A stretch of DNA of 15,223 nucleotides from Candidatus Heimdallarchaeota archaeon (GCA_030668875.1 DAOVER010000061.1:1-15223); one strand, 5' to 3'; shown: positions 1 to 9,101, numbered from the stretch's first letter. Program-made: numbers and translations. Notes: generated by a model not told the origin, from the letters alone.

Positions 1-2
1 TT

Positions 3-314
3 GAAAGAGCTGAAGCAATTTTTAAATTGATAGAAAAAGAAGATGATGATTTTCCAAAATCAAAACTACAAGATATAGGTTTCAACCCTTCTACTGCTGA
101 AAAATGGTTGGATTTAATTATTTTTATACAACGAAAGCCTAGAATAAGAAAGAAAAAAATAGGTTCTAGTACAATAATTGAAAGAACGGAAACAGGGTAT
201 CATGTAATGAGTAGAGAAACATTCATGGATACAAAAAGAAGTTACAAAGATAGATTTCACGCTTTACAAAGTTATCTTAGTGCTCTTATAACTTCAGAAA
301 GATTAAACGAATAA
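3..314 (+). CDS. Hypothetical protein, 5'-partial (possibly small helix-turn-helix-like protein)
   Basis: The ORF track starts at TTG 27, but the frame is open from position 3 (ERAEAIFKLIEKE...), so the start probably lies outside the window. Segment 'LQDIGFNPSTAEKWLDLI' is HTH-like by eye; no family recognised. Confidence 0.6.
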   Translation, partial: ERAEAIFKLIEKEDDDFPKSKLQDIGFNPSTAEKWLDLIIFIQRKPRIRKKKIGSSTIIERTETGYHVMSRETFMDTKRSYKDRFHALQSYLSALITSERLNE

Positions 315-456
315 CCTATATTCATTTATAAAAACTTCAAGATGATATAACACTCTGAAAACAAAACCCTGAAACAAGTTAATCAGGATTTATTCTAGGA
401 GACTATTTTAAAATTACATGTTACCTTTTTTCTGAAATCCTTTTAGAAATATGAAC

Positions 457-468
457 AAAATTATATAG
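457..468 (+). promoter_or_regulatory. Putative archaeal BRE/TATA box for the 489 gene
   Basis: AAAA-TTATATAG, with the TATA beginning 28 nt before ATG 489; spacing fits a leaderless transcript. Confidence 0.4.
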
Positions 469-488
469 ATGATAGAAAATGACGAAAC

Positions 489-1172
489 ATGATTTTTAAG
501 TGGAATAGAAAATCTACCTTTAATTTGCTGCTAATTGGTTTAATGGTTTCATCACTTTTTACAATGTTTAATTCAGGAGTATCGGTATCAGCTGAAGATA
601 TCTCTTATGATCCTTGGAATTTTATTGCTATGGGGGATGGACGGAATTGGGAAGAAAACTCAACTAACCCTATCAGGAAAAGTATAATTGAAAACATTGT
701 TACAAATAATCCAAATATAGAATTTATACTCTATTCAGGTGATATGGTACAAAGTGGTGGAGAGCAAGATGATTGGAATAGATATTATGAGGATATCGAA
801 TTAGCAACTCAGAATAATGTTAACTTTTATTACGCCATAGGAAACCATGAAACCTACACTTACAAATTGGAAGATGGGTCTTGGGGTCCTCAGGAACTTA
901 ACTTTTCCACGTGTATGGCAAATGTTGAAATGCCTGGTAATGAAAAATATTATAGTTTTGATCACAATCAAGTTCATTTTATGGTTATCAATACGGAAGA
1001 ATTTTGGGGTGGTGATTCTCTAGACTTAACCACAGAACAAGAAGATTGGATAATTGATGATCTTTCAATGGAGGGAAATTACTGGTCTAATTATCTTGGA
1101 GGTAATTACTCAATCGATGGACCAAGTGGTTCACAAGACCTATATCCTTTACTAGTTAACCCTCTATCTTAA
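489..1172 (+). pseudogene. Secreted calcineurin-like metallophosphoesterase (purple-acid-phosphatase-like), C-terminally truncated and fused to a foreign tail
   Basis: Signal peptide (basic N-terminus, hydrophobic core, VSA-E). Motifs I 'MGDGR', II 'SGDMV' and III 'GNHE' are present. The later His motifs (H, GHxH) are absent. After WIIDDLS the sequence becomes 'MEGNYWSNY...IDG...DLYPL'. Confidence 0.65.
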
Positions 1173-1322
1173 AACAATCTTGCCTTTCTTTGAATAATTT
1201 TCCTTTTTTCTATTTCCATTTTGTTAGAAATAACAATTTCAGACTTACAGAATCTGTTTCAGTAAATTTTTTATATCACTATAAACCAGATAGTTTTACA
1301 TTCAATCTATAGTATCTATAAG

Positions 1323-4300
1323 GTGTTTATTATCAATCAGAGTTACGTAGGAATCAATATCGGATCAGTATCTGTTAATTTTGTAAATATTGATGATGAA
1401 AGCAACATTAACATAATTAAAAGACCGCATCTAGGTAAACCTAGCGAAGTTTTAGATGAAATTCTAGCTGAGAACCAATCTCTAAAAGAATGCTTCTATA
1501 ACGTTAGTGGTTCATTTGGTGACGTCTCAGAGGTTGTAGCAGTTGAACGAGGTGTCCATTCGTTTGAAGAAAAATTCGATGTTATTATTTCTCTAGGAGG
1601 AGAAGCTTTTGTTCTATATGTTTTGGATGAAGAAGGACACATCGTTAATGTTCTTTCTCACGACAAATGTGCAGCGGGTAGTGGTGAGTTTTTCATCCAA
1701 CAAATTGATAGGCTAAATATTTCTCTTCCAGAAGCGATTTCTTTGGCTAAAAAAGGAAATAAAATAGAAATAGCTTCTCGATGTTCAGTGCATTGTAAAT
1801 CGGATATTACTCATAAATTGAATCGAGGAGAAGCTTCCGTTGAAGATGTTCTAGCATCTGTTCTAGCAAGTATGGCAAATAAAATCAAAGGGTTGATATT
1901 CCAATCCAGAGTAGATGTAAAACGTGTATTACTCATAGGTGGAGTTGCGCTTAATGATGCTTTTGTGAGAACTCTAAGAGAACAATTAGAAGATGTAGAA
2001 GTCGTAGTTAAAGATGTTAGCCCGGTTTTTGAAGCTTATGGGTCTGCGCTTTTAGAGAAAGATTCCCCTAAACAAACAGAGCTGAAATTGAAAATAAGCA
2101 AGAGTTTTTCCACATTACCTTCTCTGGAGCAATTCAGCGAACAGGTAAAAATAATACCTTCTGTGGAAAATAAAAAAGACTTTGCTGAAAATACCTCTTT
2201 CATTTTAGGTGTTGATGTAGGTTCAACCACAACAAAAGCTGTTCTTTTAGATCCAGCTGATATGGCGATCGTAGCATCTCACTATGGTAGGACAAGTGGA
2301 AATCCAGTAGAAGCTACAAGGAAATGTATCCAAGAAGTTATATCACAAGTTGGAAATCAAAAGATAAAATTACTTGGAGTCACAGGGTCTGGAAGACAGT
2401 TAGTCGGTGCTTATCTAGGTACATCAGCTGTTTATAATGAAATATCTGCACATTCCGAAGGAGCAGTTTACTATGATGAAGATGTTGATACCATCTTTGA
2501 AATTGGAGGCCAAGATTCAAAGTACATGTTTCTCCAAAATGGCGTTCCTGTAGATTATGCTATGAATGCAAGTTGTTCAGCAGGAACAGGTTCTTTTCTG
2601 GAAGAAAGTGCTAAAGGTGACCTAGGAGTTACAGTCTATGACATAGCTGATGTAGCTATGAAAGCAAGTAATCCTGTTAGATTCCAAGCTGATTGTGCTG
2701 CGTTCATCAATACTGATGTTCGAACAGCTATGCAAGAAAATTATGGTCGGGATAATATCATCGGAGGTTTAGTATTTTCTATAGCTGTAAATTATTTGAA
2801 TAAAGTTAAAGGTTCCAGAGCAGTTGGTAAGAAAATATTTTTCCAAGGTGGTGTAGCAAAAAATAATGCTGTTGGTTATGCTTTTGCTCAATCTACAGGT
2901 AAGGAAATTGTTATCCCACCAAATCCTGAGCTTATAGGGGCTTTTGGTATTGCTTTAATTGCAAATAAAAAATACATTAACCATGAAATCGAAGGAATGT
3001 CTGAAAAAACAGACCTTCAGTCTTTAATCAGTGAAGAGTTAAAACAGATGAGTAGTTTTACTTGTAAAGCATGCAAGAATTACTGTCAAATTGAGAGATA
3101 TGAAGTAGGGGGTCGCAAGTTTCCTTTTGGTGGAAGTTGTTCTAGATATGAACACCAGTGGAGAGGTTTAGAAAAGACTGAAGAAAAGGAAAATCTTGTT
3201 GATCTTCGAAATGATTTGGTTTTTGAAAATAATCTTAAAAAGAAGAAAATAATCGAAAATTCCAAAGGAAAAATTGGTATAACTAGAGCATTACTCACTC
3301 ACACACTTTACCCTCTTTTCTCCACATTTTTTGAGGAAATGGGCTTTGAAGTAGTATTATCTGATATTGATGAAGATAAAGAAGTTCTTACAAATGCTCC
3401 ATTTTGTTATCCAATACAAGTGCTACATGGAGCAGTAAACGATTTAGTAAAGAGAGATATACCTCGAATTTTTCTGCCACAAGTTCATACATTAGAGAAG
3501 GGAGAAGAGTGGTTTGATGCCACATTCTGTCCAGTTACTCAATCCAGTCCATATTTCATAGCTGCTGCATTCAGAGAAACTAATTTTATTAGTCCTATCC
3601 TTAACTTTTCAGAAGGTTATGAAAAGGATGAAGCTTTAATTAAAATGGCTATTAAGGAATTAGAAATACCTAAAAAACTAGCTTTTGATGCTTACGAAAA
3701 AGCAGTGAAAAAACAAAAAGCTGTAGAAAAGCAATTTTTGGAATGGGGAAGAGAAACAATAAGAAAATTGAAGGAAAATAATGAAACTGGTATTTTGCTA
3801 CTTGGAAGAAGCTATAACGCTTTCCCACCAGAGACTTCGCAATTAATACCTAAAAAAATGGCTAGTATGGGTGTAACTGTCATTCCTTTTGATTTTCTCG
3901 AGAAAGAAAAGGTAAATGATATCCCTTGGTATTTTTCAAATTATGTGAAAATAGCTATAGATTTAGCAAAAGAAAATGACAATTTATTCATACTTTATAT
4001 TAACAGTTATAGTTGTACAATTGATGCGTTTGTGCAGAATTTTGTTCGTTCTGAGATGCGTTCAAAACCATTTTTAATTTTAGAACTTGACTCTCATACA
4101 GCTGATGCAGGAACACAAACTCGACTTGAAGCTTTTCTAGAAATAATTTCAAATTTCACAAAAAGTAAAAAGAAAGAAGATGAGAAACCATTCCAAGTAA
4201 CTAAAGTTAAGAAGCGAGATGGAAAAATTGTTGTTATAACTTCAGATAATAAGAGAGTTGATATTAAAGATCCAAGAATAAAATTATACTTCCCAAGTTT

Positions 4301-5507
4301 CTCTGACTTTCATGTTACTGCAATTGCTAAGTTAATGGAACTCTATGGTTTTCATCTAGGTGAAGTAGAACCTCTAAAACTTGATTATGCGGTGAGGGGA
4401 TTAAGACATACTACGGGAAAAGAATGTGTCCCATTACCAATTGTAATTGGACATATGCTTGAAGTAATTGAAAAAAGAAAACCAGGAGAGCTAATCGGAT
4501 TTTATATGATTCGAGGTGGAGCTCCTTGTGCTGTTTATAGTTACTTCCATTATTTAGAGCAATTCATAAAACAAAATAAATTGGAAAATGTTTTTATCTT
4601 TAGATTTGATCAATTAACTGGTTTTTTGGGAACTCCCTTCATACACATTGCCAGATTCGGTCCAAAAGTTACACTCTTAGGAGATCTTGTAGCTGAAGTT
4701 GATAGTGCTCTAGAAGTTGTAGGTGAAAAAGGTAGTCAAGTATTATTGTTACAACACTGGAATCAGTTCTTAGACGAGACTACAAGTCTAAATAATTTTA
4801 ACAAGAATTACAGACGTTTAATTAAAAATATTGCAAAAATACCTAAAAATAGCTCCCCAAAGGATCATCCAAAAGTTCTCGTAAGTGGTGACTTCTTTGT
4901 CCGTTTTAGTCCTTTCTTCCTTAAGGAACTAAAAGAAATATATTCTCAACATGGTATTATAGTCAAATCCACAGACCTGTTTGAACTTCTACTATATGGT
5001 AATTATCATCTCGCAGATACTACTTCACGAAGAATGAATGCTGATGCATTTAAACTTACAACCTATGTCAAGGCTTTTGCAACAATTTGGAAACACAATT
5101 CGCGATTATTTATTATTAGTAAACTTGGTCCTATTCTTTTACAATTTCTAGAGAGAATACACAGAAGGAAATTCAGTAAAACAGGTCTTCTTTATGCTGG
5201 ACCAAACGATTTGCGTGAAATTTACAAACAATCAAAACCTTGGATCTCCTCAACCATTTTTTGCGAAGCAATCCCCACTATTGGTAAAGGGCTGGAAACA
5301 CTAGAAAATTCTACTTTTGATTCCTTAGTTCTAACTGGTCCTTTGAACTGTTTACCTTACAAAATCTCTCAAGCAATTCTCAAACCTATCTATCTTGAAA
5401 ATCACACTCCTTTTTTGGTTTTTGATGTTGATATATCAGCTATTTCACCCAACACTAGAAGGTTAATTAACGCAAATATCGAACAAATAAAGAGAAGACG
5501 GAAGTAG
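1323..5507 (+). CDS. Multidomain acyl-CoA dehydratase-activase-family protein (2x BadF/BadG/BcrA/BcrD ATPase + CxxCxxxC..C linker + DUF2229-like + dehydratase-like); PlsA/Ger-like architecture
   Basis: Domain 1: GINIGS, SLGGEA, KCAAGSG, RCSVHC. Domain 2: GVDVGSTT, EIGGQDSK, SCSAGTGSFLE, DCAAF. Linker: CKACKNYC...GGSC. Then KIGITRAL, CYPIQVLHG, FCPVTQ, GRSYN, SCTIDA, ELDSHTADAGTQTRLEAF. C-terminal: GKECVPL, GAPC, GDFFVR, GPLNCLP. GTG start at 1323. Confidence 0.9.
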   Translation: MFIINQSYVGINIGSVSVNFVNIDDESNINIIKRPHLGKPSEVLDEILAENQSLKECFYNVSGSFGDVSEVVAVERGVHSFEEKFDVIISLGGEAFVLYVLDEEGHIVNVLSHDKCAAGSGEFFIQQIDRLNISLPEAISLAKKGNKIEIASRCSVHCKSDITHKLNRGEASVEDVLASVLASMANKIKGLIFQSRVDVKRVLLIGGVALNDAFVRTLREQLEDVEVVVKDVSPVFEAYGSALLEKDSPKQTELKLKISKSFSTLPSLEQFSEQVKIIPSVENKKDFAENTSFILGVDVGSTTTKAVLLDPADMAIVASHYGRTSGNPVEATRKCIQEVISQVGNQKIKLLGVTGSGRQLVGAYLGTSAVYNEISAHSEGAVYYDEDVDTIFEIGGQDSKYMFLQNGVPVDYAMNASCSAGTGSFLEESAKGDLGVTVYDIADVAMKASNPVRFQADCAAFINTDVRTAMQENYGRDNIIGGLVFSIAVNYLNKVKGSRAVGKKIFFQGGVAKNNAVGYAFAQSTGKEIVIPPNPELIGAFGIALIANKKYINHEIEGMSEKTDLQSLISEELKQMSSFTCKACKNYCQIERYEVGGRKFPFGGSCSRYEHQWRGLEKTEEKENLVDLRNDLVFENNLKKKKIIENSKGKIGITRALLTHTLYPLFSTFFEEMGFEVVLSDIDEDKEVLTNAPFCYPIQVLHGAVNDLVKRDIPRIFLPQVHTLEKGEEWFDATFCPVTQSSPYFIAAAFRETNFISPILNFSEGYEKDEALIKMAIKELEIPKKLAFDAYEKAVKKQKAVEKQFLEWGRETIRKLKENNETGILLLGRSYNAFPPETSQLIPKKMASMGVTVIPFDFLEKEKVNDIPWYFSNYVKIAIDLAKENDNLFILYINSYSCTIDAFVQNFVRSEMRSKPFLILELDSHTADAGTQTRLEAFLEIISNFTKSKKKEDEKPFQVTKVKKRDGKIVVITSDNKRVDIKDPRIKLYFPSFSDFHVTAIAKLMELYGFHLGEVEPLKLDYAVRGLRHTTGKECVPLPIVIGHMLEVIEKRKPGELIGFYMIRGGAPCAVYSYFHYLEQFIKQNKLENVFIFRFDQLTGFLGTPFIHIARFGPKVTLLGDLVAEVDSALEVVGEKGSQVLLLQHWNQFLDETTSLNNFNKNYRRLIKNIAKIPKNSSPKDHPKVLVSGDFFVRFSPFFLKELKEIYSQHGIIVKSTDLFELLLYGNYHLADTTSRRMNADAFKLTTYVKAFATIWKHNSRLFIISKLGPILLQFLERIHRRKFSKTGLLYAGPNDLREIYKQSKPWISSTIFCEAIPTIGKGLETLENSTFDSLVLTGPLNCLPYKISQAILKPIYLENHTPFLVFDVDISAISPNTRRLINANIEQIKRRRK

Positions 5508-5607
5508 AGAGTTTTAGATTCTTTCTGAAAATAAGAAAATTTAATAAGTTTTACGAACAAATAATGAGGAAGACCTTAAAAATGTGCATTTCTAGAATGA
5601 GGATATT

Positions 5608-6678
5608 ATGTCTAAACCAATCAATTCTTTCAAACATATTGAAATGCCTGAGTTACTTTCCCTTGGACAAGGTATGCTCAAATATCTACCAGAGATTATT
5701 GATAAAGTTGCTTTAAGAGGGAAGGGTTTGCTCATTACAGATGCTTTTCTTAGAGATAAATATGCCAAGGAAATTGAAGCAATAATGGAAGCAGAAAAAC
5801 GTGAGATTGTTGTCTCTGTTATTGAAGATAGTACACTTGCTGAAGTAGACAAACAGCTGCAATTTTTCAAAGAAATAGATGCTGGATATGCTATTGGTCT
5901 AGGCGGTGGAAGACCTATTGATGTTGCAAAACTTACTTCTTTCAAAGCTGACAAGCGATTCATATCTGTTCCTACAATTGCAAGTCACGATGGTTTAGCC
6001 AGTTCAAGAGCTTCACTAAAAGGTGTAGACAAACGACATTCTATAGAAGCTCGTCCACCGATAGCAGTTGTTGGTGATACTGACATTTTAGACAATGCGC
6101 CTTATAGATTTACTGTAGCAGGATGTGGAGATGTTATTGCTAAAAAAACAGCGGTAAAGGATTGGTTACTAGCTCATAGATTAAAGAATGAGTTAATCTC
6201 ACCTACCTCAATTTCTCTATCAGAAATGACTGTGAAACTCATTACAGATAATGCAAAACTGATTAGAAGTCAAGCAGAAGGATTCAGCAGAGTTGTTATG
6301 AATTGTTTGATCGCTAGTTCGTTAGCAATGTGCACTGCAGGCTCATCCAGACCTGGAAGCGGATCTGAACATATGTTCAGTCATGCATTAGATTCTATTG
6401 CAAAAACTCCTGCACTACATGGAGAACAAACAGCTTTTGGAACTATCATGATGGCGTATTTACATGATGGTATGGAAGGATCAGATGGAGTAAAAGAATT
6501 AATGCATACATTAGGTCTTCCTATTACTGCAAAAGAATTAGGTGTAACAGCAGAAGAAGTTATCACAGCATTAGAAATGGCTCACACTATTAGAAAACGA
6601 TTCACAATTCTAGGATCCGAAGGTTTAAGTCATGAAGCAGCTACAAATGTAGCTCTTAAAACTGGAGTAATAAATTAA
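5608..6678 (+). CDS. egsA: NAD(P)-dependent sn-glycerol-1-phosphate dehydrogenase
   Basis: GGGRPIDVAK, VPTIASHDGLASSRAS, GCGDVIAK, SSRPGSGSEHMFSHALD and HGEQ (Zn ligands); 356 aa; GAGGA Shine-Dalgarno-like motif just upstream of the ATG. Confidence 0.95.
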   Translation: MSKPINSFKHIEMPELLSLGQGMLKYLPEIIDKVALRGKGLLITDAFLRDKYAKEIEAIMEAEKREIVVSVIEDSTLAEVDKQLQFFKEIDAGYAIGLGGGRPIDVAKLTSFKADKRFISVPTIASHDGLASSRASLKGVDKRHSIEARPPIAVVGDTDILDNAPYRFTVAGCGDVIAKKTAVKDWLLAHRLKNELISPTSISLSEMTVKLITDNAKLIRSQAEGFSRVVMNCLIASSLAMCTAGSSRPGSGSEHMFSHALDSIAKTPALHGEQTAFGTIMMAYLHDGMEGSDGVKELMHTLGLPITAKELGVTAEEVITALEMAHTIRKRFTILGSEGLSHEAATNVALKTGVIN

Positions 6679-6683
6679 CCCCA

Positions 6684-6696
6684 CTTTTTCTTTATT
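6684..6696 (+). terminator. Putative T-rich archaeal terminator after egsA
   Basis: CTTTTTCTTTATT directly after the stop codon, in the convergent gap with the VOC gene. Confidence 0.4.
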
Positions 6697-6796
6697 CTAT
6701 CAAACATTATCTGTAATGAACTGAGCTATTCTACTGAAATAATCTTGGAATAGGTTCATTCTTAATCATTAATCAAACACAGTCAATAATACTGCT

Positions 6797-7195
6797 TCAG
6801 AATCTGTATCTATCCAATCCTTCAACGAATGAAATGGGATTCTTATCAGGATCAAATGTAGTTACGATTTTTAATACCCCTGGTATAGTCCTTATTTCTG
6901 TTACTTGGATTCCTCTTTTTTCTAGATATTCTTTAGCTGATTCAACATTTTTCACAGCGATATTAATTCTAGAATTTTCTCTTTCTAACTCTTCTTCTTT
7001 AACTAGATTCAAGCCAATAATAAAACCTTTCACTGGAGTATCAATCTCAAGCCATCCATCATCTAGTCCTTTATCCCATCCTCTTTTAAATCCCAAATCC
7101 TCAACCCAAAATTTTTCTGCCTTTTTCAAATTAGTAACATTAATTGATACAAGAATGTCTGCTGGTTGTTGATATTCCATTTGTTTCTTCATCAT
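6797..7195 (-). CDS. VOC (glyoxalase/bleomycin-resistance) family protein
   Basis: 'INVTNLKKAEKFWVEDLGF', 'INIAVKNVESAKEYLEKRGI' and 'FDPDKNPISF' match the paired beta-alpha-beta-beta-beta VOC pattern. Confidence 0.88.
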   Translation of the reverse strand: MMKKQMEYQQPADILVSINVTNLKKAEKFWVEDLGFKRGWDKGLDDGWLEIDTPVKGFIIGLNLVKEEELERENSRINIAVKNVESAKEYLEKRGIQVTEIRTIPGVLKIVTTFDPDKNPISFVEGLDRYRF

Positions 7196-7361
7196 TTAAC
7201 ATTATACTTGTTATTTAAATAAATTTGGTTGACTTCTATTCTTTTTCCTCCTATATTCGATGAAAAGCTAGATAAAAACTTGTTGAATTTTTAAGAAACG
7301 CAAAAGTGCAAAAACCAAAGAAACAAGAAAAACTTATTAATTGATAATTGATTTAGAATGT

Positions 7362-8249
7362 ATGTACGAAGATAAAAAATTAAATCAAACATTAGAACTT
7401 AAGGATGGTCGAAAGCTAGGCTTTGCTGAATTTGGAGATTTAAATGGTAAGCCTTTTTTTCATTTTCATGGTCATCCAGGATCTCGATATGAAATTCTTC
7501 TACATGGTGACAAACCAACCAAACTAGGTCTTCATGTAATAGCTGTTGAACGACCAGGTATTGGACTTTCTGATTTCAAACCTAGACGTAAGCTTCTAGA
7601 TTGGCCTGATGATATCATTGAATTAGCTGATCATCTAGGCATAGATAAATTTGTTGTTGAGGGAATATCTGGAGGTGGTCCTTATGCTGCAGCTTGTGCA
7701 TATAAAATACCTCAGAGGATAGAATGTTGTGCTATCGTTGGAGGAATGGGGCCCATAAATATGCGTAAAAAAGATATGATGAGATCAAATCGTGTTGGTC
7801 TCTTTATCGCTCGTTGGTTTCCATTTCTTGTGAAGTCAATGGTCAAAAAAACAATGAATGAAATTAATGATCCAGAGAAGAGTAAAGATTTTATGTTAAA
7901 GATTTTTGAAAAAATGGCTGAACCAGATAGGGTATTGTTACAAGATCCTAAAATATTAGATATCTTTGTAACAGAATTTAAGGAAGCTTTCAGATCTGGA
8001 CCAAACGGAGTCACATATGAAGAAAAAATATATGCAAAACCTTGGGGTTTTAAATTAAGTGACATATCACCTGAACTTCAAGTTTATCTCTGGCATGGTG
8101 GGTTGGATGTAAATGTGCCAATTTCTATAGGGCGTAAGGTGTGTGAATTAATCCCAAATTGTAAAGGATTTTTCTTTCCTGATGAAGCTCATCTTTCTGT
8201 TATCTTTAAAAACTTCGAAAAAATGGCTGAAACACTAAAAAATCATTGA
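7362..8249 (+). CDS. Alpha/beta-hydrolase
   Basis: HGHPGSR oxyanion region, GISGGG nucleophile elbow, WHGGLDVNVP (Asp) and EAHLS (His). ATG 7362 is preferred over the ORF-track TTG 7341. Confidence 0.9.
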   Translation: MYEDKKLNQTLELKDGRKLGFAEFGDLNGKPFFHFHGHPGSRYEILLHGDKPTKLGLHVIAVERPGIGLSDFKPRRKLLDWPDDIIELADHLGIDKFVVEGISGGGPYAAACAYKIPQRIECCAIVGGMGPINMRKKDMMRSNRVGLFIARWFPFLVKSMVKKTMNEINDPEKSKDFMLKIFEKMAEPDRVLLQDPKILDIFVTEFKEAFRSGPNGVTYEEKIYAKPWGFKLSDISPELQVYLWHGGLDVNVPISIGRKVCELIPNCKGFFFPDEAHLSVIFKNFEKMAETLKNH

Positions 8250-8250
8250 A

Positions 8251-8280
8251 CCTTTTCTTTATTTTATCTTCTTTTTTTCC
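8251..8280 (+). terminator. Putative T-rich terminator after the alpha/beta-hydrolase
   Basis: CCTTTTCTTATTTTATCTTCTTTTTTTCC directly after the TGA; its end overlaps direct repeat copy 1. Confidence 0.45.
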
Positions 8281-8309
8281 ACTCGAAGTAAACCCTGCTC
8301 CATAGGAAG
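8275..8309. repeat. Direct repeat, copy 1 (left of HEPN-MNT)
   Basis: TTTTCCACTCGAAGTAAACCC TGCTCCATAGGAAG; first 21 nt identical to copy 2, 32/35 overall. Confidence 0.9.
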
Positions 8310-8358
8310 CAAAAGTAGTTACTTCATTATTGTGCGATGTGGGATGAAATTAACCATA

Positions 8359-8366
8359 TTTATATA
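8359..8366 (+). promoter_or_regulatory. Putative TATA box for HEPN-MNT
   Basis: TTTATATA ending 30 nt before ATG 8396, located inside the repeat-bounded unit. Confidence 0.5.
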
Positions 8367-8395
8367 CGATTAGTTGCTCTATATTATGAATACTA

Positions 8396-8746
8396 ATGGA
8401 TAGAACAAAAGATTGGTTTTCTCAAGCTGAACATCTACTAAATCAAGCAAAATGGGATCTTCAAGGTAGTTTCTTTGATGGAGTTTGCTTCTTAACTCAA
8501 CAATCATCTGAAATGGCAATAAAGGCTTTATGCCTTCATTTCAAACTCGAATGTTGGGGTCATGCAATAAGCAGATTCCTAGTTACTCTTGATGAAGATG
8601 TTGTAGTTCCTGAAGAAATAGTTGTTTTAGCAAAAAAGCTTGATAAATACTATATCCCTGCTCGATATCCTAATGGTTTTGAATCAGGTGCTCCGAAGGA
8701 TTATTTCACAAAACAAGAAGCAGAAGAGGCGATTGAAAATGCATAA
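8396..8746 (+). CDS. HEPN domain protein (apparently missing its last helix because of a premature TAA)
   Basis: W..QA, CFLTQQSSEMAIKA, WGH and LDKYYIPARYP are typical of MNT-associated HEPN proteins. No Rx4-6H RNase motif. The frame continues past the TAA as EIIEFCRKNLQE* to 8785. Confidence 0.85.
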   Translation: MDRTKDWFSQAEHLLNQAKWDLQGSFFDGVCFLTQQSSEMAIKALCLHFKLECWGHAISRFLVTLDEDVVVPEEIVVLAKKLDKYYIPARYPNGFESGAPKDYFTKQEAEEAIENA

Positions 8747-9101
8747 GAAATTATTGAGTTCTGCAGAAAAAATTTACAGGAATAGAGATAGAATAATAGA
8801 AGATTTGAAAATAATTGCAAAGAATATTGAAAGAGAGTTGTCTGCTAGAGAAGTTATTCTTTTTGGTTCGATTGCAAGAGGTGATTATGGGCTTTACAGT
8901 GACGCAGACATTCTTATTATTCTGGAAAAAAGTGAAAAAAGAAGATATTTTGATCGTATTCCTGAGCTTATAGGTTTTTTTGTTGAATCTCCCATACATG
9001 TGGATATTTTTCCATATACTCTAGATGAAATTGATCGTATGAAAGATAATAGTTTGTTTATTAAACGAGCTTTACAAGAAGGAATAAATCTTTTAGGATA
9101 G
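8739..9101 (+). CDS. Minimal nucleotidyltransferase (MNT) domain protein
   Basis: LFGSIARGDYGLYSDAD matches GS-x10-DxD; also VDIFPYT..E. ATG 8739 is preferred because the ORF-track start at 8640 lies deep inside HEPN. Confidence 0.9.
   Translation: MHKKLLSSAEKIYRNRDRIIEDLKIIAKNIERELSAREVILFGSIARGDYGLYSDADILIILEKSEKRRYFDRIPELIGFFVESPIHVDIFPYTLDEIDRMKDNSLFIKRALQEGINLLG

Noticed and set aside
1308-1320. Palindrome TATAG-TAT-CTATA before the activase start codon
   Set aside because: Only 5-bp AT-rich arms; not distinguishable from chance.
8640-8738. N-terminal extension of the MNT ORF
   Set aside because: It lies entirely within HEPN; ATG 8739 gives a typical MNT length and overlap.
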